Source: a virus. Taken from it: a stretch of DNA of 64,000 nucleotides. This document shows positions 48,609-55,687 of the stretch, one piece after another (positions within the stretch are counted from its first letter, which is position 1; the number at the start of each line of letters is the position of its first letter). The DNA lies in the IMG/VR virus record IMGVR_UViG_3300045988_080466, one strand, 5' to 3'. The notes beneath the pieces were generated by a model that saw only the letters and a program-made list of their open reading frames with translations, did not search any database and was not told the DNA's origin. Both the position numbers and the translations under genes were made by a program.

Positions 48609-49213
48609 TTCTCTATTGGTTGATAAATGTTTAACTTATTTTCTTTTATAAATTCTTGGAGTGCTGTTCCACCATCAATAGATGCAATTCCTGGGAGATA
48701 TACTGAAAGTCTATCCCAAATAGGTTGCAAGTTCTTAATTGTGTTAAGTACACAATAATCTCCTGCAACTCCACAAATTACAATTTCTGATTCATTCGAA
48801 AGGTATATGTCAGCTCTACTATCGTAAATATCATCAAGTGAATAAGTATAATGGCTTTTCCTGTTTGGGTCACGTTTAAGGTCTGGAAAAGCCCCATATT
48901 CCTCTTTAAACAGTCCTTTCTCAATTACATCGTATCGGAGATTATTATTCCTACAAGCTGTAAGAAGTAAATCATTAATTGCCGCACCTTGGGAATATTG
49001 GACACAATGAACTGGCCACTCTCCTCCATTTTCTTTAAAAGAGGGATGAAAGAAAGCGTGCCAGTCCACAGTAAACCACACTCTATCAAAATGCTCTTTA
49101 TACATTAATTCTTCTATATTCCATAGAGCGGGAGTAGCCCCTTTTACATATAAAGAGCCACTCTCTAAGCAGAAATCATTCTGCATATCAACTACTATAA
49201 GTATTTTACTCAT
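48605..49213 (-). CDS. pncA: nicotinamidase (isochorismatase family)
   Basis: ILIVVDMQNDFC (catalytic Asp region), VDWH and GVAGDYCVLNT (catalytic Cys). Confidence 0.8.
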   Translation of the reverse strand: MSKILIVVDMQNDFCLESGSLYVKGATPALWNIEELMYKEHFDRVWFTVDWHAFFHPSFKENGGEWPVHCVQYSQGAAINDLLLTACRNNNLRYDVIEKGLFKEEYGAFPDLKRDPNRKSHYTYSLDDIYDSRADIYLSNESEIVICGVAGDYCVLNTIKNLQPIWDRLSVYLPGIASIDGGTALQEFIKENKLNIYQPIEK

Positions 49214-49398
49214 CGACTCCAGCTACTAAATATTCCTACAATTGCAACAATAGCCAACCATAAGGCTATCGGAATCCATAATGGGCTTAAGACCCACCAC
49301 CAAGACCAAGCTATGACACCACATAGCTTAAGAACAATAAATACTATAAGAAGAACTCCACCTATGCCAATTCCTCCACTACTGTTACTATTACTCAT
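49210..49398 (-). CDS. small Trp-rich membrane protein (62 aa)
   Basis: GGVLLIVFIVLKLCGVIAWSWWWVLSPLWIPIALWLAIVAIVGIF; ATGA overlaps on both sides. Confidence 0.55.
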   Translation of the reverse strand: MSNSNSSGGIGIGGVLLIVFIVLKLCGVIAWSWWWVLSPLWIPIALWLAIVAIVGIFSSWSR

Positions 49399-50090
49399 AA
49401 TTCAATTATTAAAGGTTCAAACGATTGAATGTATCTCTCGTCTACTAAAGACACATTTGCCATTTTCATATCATCTAAAGTCATCAATCTGTGTTCTCCT
49501 GAATGAATGTGTCCACAGAAAGCATACTTTGGATGTTTTCTCATAATTTCATCAGCCAACCAAGGATTACCTGCATCCTCTCTAGTCCACGACTGATGAA
49601 TAATACCTAATCCACACAGCTTAGGAGCATCGTGTGAGATTACTATATCACAATGTTCGGGCATTGTGGAGTACGCTTCTATAAGAGTTTTCTCCTCATA
49701 CATATATGCCCAATTTCCAAATATCTTGCAATATGGAGTTCCCCAAATTGTGTATTCAGTTCCATCTTTATAATCAATGTAAGTATATGACTCATTATCG
49801 AGCATTACTAACTTCCCATCAGTGGGAGTATAAAGAAGGGAATTTTTGGAAAGAGTATTCTGATATATAGACGCTAATGCGAAGTCATGATTTCCGCCTA
49901 CCATAAATACTTTTTCACAAGGTAAATCTTTTACCCATTGAGCAAATTCATGACTAAGCCATTTCTTGCTTTGTGGGATATTTCTTTGCATCTTTAGTGG
50001 GGTAATATCCCCACAGATTAAGTAAATATCACACTCTTCTTTTATTTCTGGAAGAATCCCATGTAAGTCTGATAATGCGCCAAATTTCAT
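49395..50090 (-). CDS. metallophosphoesterase (calcineurin-like)
   Basis: LSDLHG, CGDITP, GGNHD, ISHDAP and CGHIHSG give the full MPP motif series. Confidence 0.8.
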   Translation of the reverse strand: MKFGALSDLHGILPEIKEECDIYLICGDITPLKMQRNIPQSKKWLSHEFAQWVKDLPCEKVFMVGGNHDFALASIYQNTLSKNSLLYTPTDGKLVMLDNESYTYIDYKDGTEYTIWGTPYCKIFGNWAYMYEEKTLIEAYSTMPEHCDIVISHDAPKLCGLGIIHQSWTREDAGNPWLADEIMRKHPKYAFCGHIHSGEHRLMTLDDMKMANVSLVDERYIQSFEPLIIEL

Positions 50091-50338
50091 TTATGTTTCC
50101 TAGTTTTTATGTATTTCTTACTCTCTAATTGTTGGGAAGGAAGAACAAGAGTAACATCTATTTCTATGATTTCTCCTTCTTTGGGGAGGTCTGCATAGTC
50201 AGTAAGGGAGTAGTAGATGTAAGAATTAATTTCTTCATATTCTTCATCGTCTTCCCACCAAACTCCGTCTTCATTAAGGGCTGGTTTTGCTCTCCACAAA
50301 CACAGTCCTTCTTCGTCTTTTGTTATCCAAAGTCTCAT
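50087..50338 (-). CDS. hypothetical protein (83 aa), paralog set member
   Basis: ATG ORF with 4-nt overlaps. The N-terminus WITKDEEGLCLWRAKP...GVWWEDD resembles those of the next two genes. Confidence 0.5.
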   Translation of the reverse strand: MRLWITKDEEGLCLWRAKPALNEDGVWWEDDEEYEEINSYIYYSLTDYADLPKEGEIIEIDVTLVLPSQQLESKKYIKTRKHK

Positions 50339-50811
50339 TCTGTTACTTTCTTTTTAAATTCTTCAAACGACTTTATCTCTGGAACCTCGTCTCTGTTAAT
50401 TATCCAATATTTACTTGGAGCTTTACCTTTATGATTGGCTCTATATTGGTTATACATATCGGCAATTTCAAAGAATACTTCAATGTTCTCTCCCATAGCG
50501 TCTGCCAAATCCTCTATTTTAAATATAAAGTATTTGAACTGATTTCCATTTTCATCTTTCCTTGAATACAAGTCTTTTATAAATGTACTCATGGGTGGTA
50601 TTTCCACTGGCTCGTCTTCCCATGTCTGATTTCCAGCATAGAAATAAAACATCTCTTTATATATTGGCATCAAGTCTGGAACAAAATCGAATGATATAAC
50701 ATCGTCATCCTCTACCCATTCTTTTTCTCCTTCTCCACGTTTGGGATAACCACACGTATCAATAAGCCATTGCTTGCCGCTTTTATCGGTTACTGCATAT
50801 GTTTTTCTCAT
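50335..50811 (-). CDS. hypothetical protein (158 aa), paralog set member
   Basis: N-terminus TYAVTDKSGKQWLIDTCGYPKRGEGEKEWVEDDD. Confidence 0.55.
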   Translation of the reverse strand: MRKTYAVTDKSGKQWLIDTCGYPKRGEGEKEWVEDDDVISFDFVPDLMPIYKEMFYFYAGNQTWEDEPVEIPPMSTFIKDLYSRKDENGNQFKYFIFKIEDLADAMGENIEVFFEIADMYNQYRANHKGKAPSKYWIINRDEVPEIKSFEEFKKKVTE

Positions 50812-51023
50812 ATTTCAATTTCAAATTTTATAGGTTCATCCATGTATGTCATGCCTTCTGGAATGGGAAAGTTAAATAGATGTGCAGAGTGTAAATCATT
50901 AGTACACTCATACATATCATATTTAGGGTCTACATTCCAGCTTTCACCATCAAAGATAGGAGGGTTATCGTAAAACCAACCTCTTCCATCTTTATCTATC
51001 GCGTAATAATAAGTTTTAATCAT
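50808..51023 (-). CDS. hypothetical protein (71 aa), paralog set member
   Basis: N-terminus TYYYAIDKDGRGWFYDNPPIFDGESWNVDP. Confidence 0.5.
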   Translation of the reverse strand: MIKTYYYAIDKDGRGWFYDNPPIFDGESWNVDPKYDMYECTNDLHSAHLFNFPIPEGMTYMDEPIKFEIEI

Positions 51024-51228
51024 TACTAAGAGTCACAGTCCCCTCAAACTTGTACAATTTGTCGGAATCAGTGTAACTTACTAGGGTTGGAACATCTACA
51101 GGCTTTCCTGGATGCTTAAGAAGCCGAATATAACCATTGTGCATTAGGATGCCAATATTTCCAAGCTCGTCTATTACTAGGTCTCCTGCTTTTGGCATTT
51201 CGTCATTTCTATTCACTTCAACTTTCAT
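51016..51228 (-). CDS. hypothetical protein (70 aa)
   Basis: ATG ORF that overlaps both neighbours. Confidence 0.5.
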   Translation of the reverse strand: MKVEVNRNDEMPKAGDLVIDELGNIGILMHNGYIRLLKHPGKPVDVPTLVSYTDSDKLYKFEGTVTLSND

Positions 51229-51611
51229 TCCTTCAAGTCTCCCATTACGTTACGGTTAAGCCTGTCATCAATTCTCTCCTTACAAGCGTCAAGGTAAGCT
51301 TCTAGAGCAGCAACTTGTTTAGCATTTTGCTCACAAGGGAACTTCTCATTCAACTTCTTTACTCTGTCAAGCAGGATAAGGGCAAGTTGTTCTGATTGCC
51401 ACCCTGGAGTTACTGTACCGTCTTCGTGCTTGTGAACAAACTGAATTGTGTCAGTAGCATTCACATACTTGGTTTTGCCATTAACAAAGCCAGCACACAT
51501 TTTAGCACGGTAGCGATGAGCACCATCGTCTGGAATTACTTCAATGGTTGGTTCGAGACTTGGATAAACCAATAATTCCTCTATTGTTTGATATTTCTTT
51601 TTTAAAGCCAT
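51225..51611 (-). CDS. conserved phage hypothetical protein (128 aa)
   Basis: The C-terminal pattern SEQLALILLDRVKKLNEKFPCEQNAKQVAALEAYLDACKERIDDRLNRNVMGD resembles a widespread phage helical domain that I cannot name with confidence. Confidence 0.55.
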   Translation of the reverse strand: MALKKKYQTIEELLVYPSLEPTIEVIPDDGAHRYRAKMCAGFVNGKTKYVNATDTIQFVHKHEDGTVTPGWQSEQLALILLDRVKKLNEKFPCEQNAKQVAALEAYLDACKERIDDRLNRNVMGDLKE

Positions 51612-51624
51612 GGTATTTTATTGT

Positions 51625-51801
51625 TTAATCATTATATGATATTATCTTGTAATATACGGTACTACCTACCCAACGCCAACCCAGATAATTTACTGGAACC
51701 CATGCAGGTTTACTAAGCAAATCTCTAAATTCTAATGGTGTTAGATTACGTACTATATCTGTTTGTGGTGATGCTCCCTCAAGACTTATTAATACCTTCA
51801 T
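51625..51801 (-). CDS. unlisted small ORF (58 aa)
   Basis: Hand translation gives MKVLISLEGASPQTDIVRNLTPLEFRDLLSKPAWVPVNYLGWRWVGSTVYYKIISYND. It fills the apparent 167-bp gap, and its ATG lies 23 nt inside the upstream gene's 3' end. It falls below the track's 60-aa cutoff. Confidence 0.4.
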   Translation of the reverse strand: MKVLISLEGASPQTDIVRNLTPLEFRDLLSKPAWVPVNYLGWRWVGSTVYYKIISYND

Positions 51802-52684
51802 GTTTTAACCAGTCTTGGAAGTACCACAATTGTCCACATCCTCCACCAATATCATCCTGACCAGCAGGATTGAATACTCTTGTGGAGAAACCTAATTCGC
51901 AGAGTCTTCTGTTAAAGTCTCTAATAAGACGAATTTGTCTATCAATAGAATTCTTTACAGTTTCATCCTTTTCACAAATTACAGAAAGAGTAGTTTCCCA
52001 AACATCGGTTCGAAAGAGTTTGTACAGTCTCCTTGCGTCTTCTTCTGTATCATTTCCTTCATGTACACAGTAATTGAAGAATGGTTTTCTTCCTGTGTTC
52101 GCTGCCCAAAATTCTCCCGCAGCAGCAATCTGGCGGAGAGTACAAGTCTTAGTCGGAATTAATTTTGCTCTAGCTTCATCAGTTGATTCATGTACAGAAA
52201 ACTGCAATCCGACTTGAGGTATTCTCTTGGAAAGCTCAATAAACTCTGACATTGCATGATACAATGTAGATGGAGCAGATGTAGATACTAATAATTGAGC
52301 ATTTGGATACAAATCGTGTAAAGACTCAATAGCTCGCTCCAAATTGATACAATTCAGAAATGGCTCTCCCATACTCATGAACATAATTTGGAACTTTTCA
52401 ATGTCTTTAGTATCACAATCAATAGTACTTAAAACAGTAGTTACTTGTTCTACTATTTCATGCCAATCAAGATTCCTTACAAAGAACTTTCCTGTTCCAC
52501 AGAATGTACAGCCAACCGGACATCCAGACTGTACAGAACAGCAAATTACTGTTCTCTTCGCGTATTCTCCATAACGATAAAGGACTGCTTCTGCAATTCC
52601 TTTTTTCGTTACTGCACTAGCTCCCCATTCAAATACAAACTTCTTGACATTAGTGTCAGAAGATTCAAAAATCTTATATTCCAT
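51779..52684 (-). CDS. RlmN/Cfr-family radical SAM RNA methyltransferase homolog lacking the N-terminal accessory domain
   Basis: Colinear with E. coli RlmN from about residue 95. ICCSVQSGCPVGCTFC aligns with LCVSSQVGCALECKFC (CxxxCxxC plus the upstream Cys118 equivalent). MSMGEPFLN aligns with MGMGEPLLN, VSTSAP with LSTSGV, and DDIGGGCGQL with DDIDAACGQL (Cys355 equivalent). Confidence 0.75.
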   Translation of the reverse strand: MEYKIFESSDTNVKKFVFEWGASAVTKKGIAEAVLYRYGEYAKRTVICCSVQSGCPVGCTFCGTGKFFVRNLDWHEIVEQVTTVLSTIDCDTKDIEKFQIMFMSMGEPFLNCINLERAIESLHDLYPNAQLLVSTSAPSTLYHAMSEFIELSKRIPQVGLQFSVHESTDEARAKLIPTKTCTLRQIAAAGEFWAANTGRKPFFNYCVHEGNDTEEDARRLYKLFRTDVWETTLSVICEKDETVKNSIDRQIRLIRDFNRRLCELGFSTRVFNPAGQDDIGGGCGQLWYFQDWLKHEGINKS

Positions 52685-52686
52685 TT

Positions 52687-53271
52687 TTAACCTCTTAAAT
52701 TTCTTTTAGTGATTATTTCCTTTAATTGCTGCCAAGATACTGGTGTGTAATCATTATTATCTACACCAACATCATATTGATTTGGGACTAATTTATCTTC
52801 AAAAGGAGTTTTCTTTCCTTTTTCAGTATGAATGTGTCCATACAATTGCCAACTTCCTCTATGAGAGCCATCCCATGTAATCATAGGATAGTGACTCATA
52901 AAGAGTTGTTGGTTATTACATTCTTCATCACCTGTTATAGTAATCATCATCTGTCTTTCAACAGCTTCGAACCCATTTTCTGGGATGTATTTCAGCTTAT
53001 CATGATTACCTAATATGAGGTATTTATAGCCGTTTAGTTGAGGTAAAATTTTCTCCCAACGTGTCTTTTGACCAAAGCAAAAATCGCCCAATATGAAGAC
53101 TGTATCGTCCCACTGGACTACCTTATTCCAATTTAGTATGAGTTGTCGATTCATTTCGTCAGCAGACTCAAACGGACGACTACAATACTTAATTATATTT
53201 GCGTGGTCAAAGTGACAATCAGAAGTGAAAAATACCTTATTACAGTCAAATTTATTTGTCAGATTTGCCAT
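52687..53271 (-). CDS. metallophosphoesterase
   Basis: FFTSDCHFDHANII, ILGDF, LGNHD, MSHYP and YGHIHT. Confidence 0.8.
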   Translation of the reverse strand: MANLTNKFDCNKVFFTSDCHFDHANIIKYCSRPFESADEMNRQLILNWNKVVQWDDTVFILGDFCFGQKTRWEKILPQLNGYKYLILGNHDKLKYIPENGFEAVERQMMITITGDEECNNQQLFMSHYPMITWDGSHRGSWQLYGHIHTEKGKKTPFEDKLVPNQYDVGVDNNDYTPVSWQQLKEIITKRNLRG

Positions 53272-53503
53272 GTATTTTCTTATTGTCGATTTTTAAATAA
53301 CAAGAATCTGGCAGTTCTTGTCCATCCAACTTTACAGATAGAATATCCATAGATGTCAGATTCTCAAATAATTTAGACTCCGTGGATATTTTGACATATC
53401 CCTCTGGAGCCATCAATTCTTTAGCTTGTTCGTTAGTTAGCCAAACCTCAAATATTTGCTTGACTTCCGCCCGTAATAAATGGGTCGGTTTTGTACCTTT
53501 CAT
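53252..53503 (-). CDS. hypothetical protein (start ambiguous)
   Basis: The ORF is open to 53578, with candidate ATGs at 53578, 53557, 53503 and 53413. All except 53413 overlap the SEC-C gene's 3' end, so the start is not resolvable by eye. Confidence 0.35.
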   Translation of the reverse strand: MKGTKPTHLLRAEVKQIFEVWLTNEQAKELMAPEGYVKISTESKLFENLTSMDILSVKLDGQELPDSCYLKIDNKKIHGKSDK

Positions 53504-53768
53504 AACATTCGCACTTTTTAAATTTCTTTCCTGATGTACAGTAAGGACAGATTTCATTTCTTCCGGTCTTGTGACCATGAGTTCCTGTTCTAATTTTACT
53601 TTTCCAGGGAGTGTGCATCTTTATCCACATATTTCTGAACTCTTCATTCTGAAACATTTCTTGCATAAATTCCGCACCGTTGTTTTCCTTTTTATCCTTC
53701 TTTTCATCTACTTCTTCAACACCTAAAGTTGTGTCGATGTCATACGGAGTTACTGTTAAGTCTTCCAT
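53448..53768 (-). CDS. SEC-C motif (zinc-binding) protein
   Basis: CPYCTSGKKFKKCEC matches the SEC-C metal-binding motif (CPCGSGKKYKKCC). Confidence 0.6.
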   Translation of the reverse strand: MEDLTVTPYDIDTTLGVEEVDEKKDKKENNGAEFMQEMFQNEEFRNMWIKMHTPWKSKIRTGTHGHKTGRNEICPYCTSGKKFKKCECYERYKTDPFITGGSQANI

Positions 53769-53785
53769 TTTTTATAAGATATAAA

Positions 53786-54160
53786 TTATAATATACTTTC
53801 TTTTAAAACACACACTACAAGTTCAGATAATTGGGCTATCCATTCTTCTTCGGCAATCTCTTTAAGCTCCCCGTAAGCTACATCAGTAAACCAATTAGGA
53901 AACTCTCGATTATAGAATTGCAAATTTTTGCATTGGTAGTCCCACTCTGCGCCGCAACCATAGAAATCAAGTCTATCTCCATCACAATCTTCGTCAAGAA
54001 CATACATAAATCGCAGCCCTGATTCGTATCTGTTCTGTATGAAAAACTTTCCTACATACTCGGACTCACTATTATCAACACAATTTTTAAGTTGTTCTTT
54101 TAGTGATATTAATTTTTCCTTATAGAGAGCAATCTCTCTCATTATTTGGTCTCTTTTCAT
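53786..54160 (-). CDS. hypothetical protein (124 aa)
   Basis: ATG ORF, the first gene after the thyX terminator. Confidence 0.55.
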   Translation of the reverse strand: MKRDQIMREIALYKEKLISLKEQLKNCVDNSESEYVGKFFIQNRYESGLRFMYVLDEDCDGDRLDFYGCGAEWDYQCKNLQFYNREFPNWFTDVAYGELKEIAEEEWIAQLSELVVCVLKESIL

Positions 54161-54218
54161 TTGTTAAAACTCAGAATTAATAATCTGTGTTATAATCTTC
54201 AAATAAGGAACACTTGTT

Positions 54219-54257
54219 AAAAGCATTAGTAATCCGTATGGTTCTACCAATGCTTTT
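54219..54257 (-). terminator. Rho-independent terminator downstream of thyX
   Basis: On the - strand RNA, AAAAGCAUUGGUA-(13 nt)-UACUAAUGCUUUU forms a 13-bp stem with one G-U pair. On the + strand that position would be an A-C mismatch, which favours - strand function. Confidence 0.55.
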
Positions 54258-54274
54258 CTCACTCCATTTAAATG

Positions 54275-55261
54275 TTATTTTATCCATCCTCTTTTAATAA
54301 ATTCTTCGTGTAAAGGATGTGCCAACTCATAAGCCTGTGGGTGCGCACTTCCTGCATCTCTTAACTTAAAGAAGCCTTTCCATTGTTCAATAGTGCCTGT
54401 CATAATTAACTCAGTCTTCAAACTATTAGGAAGTACTGCTCTTGCTTGCTGAGGTTTCCAACCTTGATTTAATAGCTCTAAGTAAAGTTGCTCTGCCACT
54501 TGTAGAGATGCTACAAAGTTTCGCTCTGGAGTTATTTCCCAAGTCTTAAAGTATGGGGTCTCCTTACCATTGAGATGATAATAGTACTCTCCAATAAGAT
54601 TACCAAAATCATCTGAAGTAATAACAGTTCCTTTGACTTCTTGAAGAGCTAAACTGTCCGCCCAACATGGTAAAATGAAAGTAACCTCGTTATTGAACTT
54701 ATCCTTAGAGTAGTTACAATATCTGGTACTTTCTTGGGCAAAGCTAAATACACGGTGGCGTACAAATTCATGGGATACGCCTCTATCGCATACAAACTTA
54801 ACAGTGATTCTCTTCTCGTGATATTCTGTAAGTTCACACAGATATTCAAGAACTCCTTGTAGGTCATGCTCTATTATTACCCTATAGTTAGTAGTATAGT
54901 AGTAATAATCTCCATCACTAATATATCTTGTATAGGGATTAAGGCATAAAGTACTCCAGTTAGTTCCAAACTGGAATCCCTCATCTACTACACTATTAGG
55001 AACTTTAAGATACACAGTACCATGCTCTAACATAGCACCGTGTCCTGACTTAACCATTCTATCCACAAACTCCTTCGCAGAAGTTTCTGTTATTTTATCC
55101 TCTGATTTGTAACAAGTTCTTCCAGCTATCTCTATTTGTCTATATACAGAGTTTATAAGCTCATCTTTCCACATTCGAGGGCCAATTTCCATATCTGCTG
55201 GAATAACTATATCTCTTGGTTTTTGTTCTATTATTTCAAAACTTGGTTTTATTAATTTCAT
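54275..55261 (-). CDS. thyX: FAD-dependent thymidylate synthase
   Basis: ThyX signature RHRVFSFAQESTRY (RHRxxSxxxxS). Confidence 0.85.
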   Translation of the reverse strand: MKLIKPSFEIIEQKPRDIVIPADMEIGPRMWKDELINSVYRQIEIAGRTCYKSEDKITETSAKEFVDRMVKSGHGAMLEHGTVYLKVPNSVVDEGFQFGTNWSTLCLNPYTRYISDGDYYYYTTNYRVIIEHDLQGVLEYLCELTEYHEKRITVKFVCDRGVSHEFVRHRVFSFAQESTRYCNYSKDKFNNEVTFILPCWADSLALQEVKGTVITSDDFGNLIGEYYYHLNGKETPYFKTWEITPERNFVASLQVAEQLYLELLNQGWKPQQARAVLPNSLKTELIMTGTIEQWKGFFKLRDAGSAHPQAYELAHPLHEEFIKRGWIK

Positions 55262-55686
55262 TTTGCTTTCGCGAATAATGGACTACGTAACATAATCTCT
55301 TTTACTGACAATTCTTCAAGGACTCTTGCATAATTGTTTATCATCTCTAATCCATATTCTTTATTGTAACCTTCGTCATGTCCTAATGTATTAGAAACCA
55401 ATTGAATTGCAGAAGAGATTAACCCTATGTCTGTTGTATCAACTGGAGCTAATGTGTAGGTTTCATCAATTCTATCATTACAGCTAAATCTAAAACTAGA
55501 AGCACGGCATTGCTTCTTTATAAAAGTTACATTTTTCAGGATGCAGATACTACTTTCGAGAGTTTTCATTACAACCCCATCATAGAATCCCATCCCTATT
55601 AAAAATCCTCCTCTGTATACTCTATAAAGTATCTCGTTACTATAACTATTATTATACCAATTATAAAATTGCTCGTAGCTTAACAT
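55258..55686 (-). CDS. hypothetical protein (142 aa)
   Basis: ATG at 55686 (MLSYEQF), 1 nt after the polymerase stop, is preferred over the track's TTG at 55710. Confidence 0.5.
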   Translation of the reverse strand: MLSYEQFYNWYNNSYSNEILYRVYRGGFLIGMGFYDGVVMKTLESSICILKNVTFIKKQCRASSFRFSCNDRIDETYTLAPVDTTDIGLISSAIQLVSNTLGHDEGYNKEYGLEMINNYARVLEELSVKEIMLRSPLFAKAK

Positions 55687-55687
55687 A

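Noticed and set aside
51612-51778. tRNA genes in the larger gaps (7602-7719, 51612-51778, 54161-54274, 59147-59290).
   Set aside because: No GTTCRANNC-type T-loop or cloverleaf-compatible pairing was seen by eye on either strand. The gaps are better explained by a promoter, small ORFs and a terminator. A tRNAscan run would settle this.
54161-54218. Bacteroidota-type promoter upstream of the 53786-54160 gene (- strand TTATTTG).
   Set aside because: It is only a partial match (TTTG present, but the TA is mis-spaced by one nt), and no -33 TTTG lies at the proper distance. This is too weak to call.
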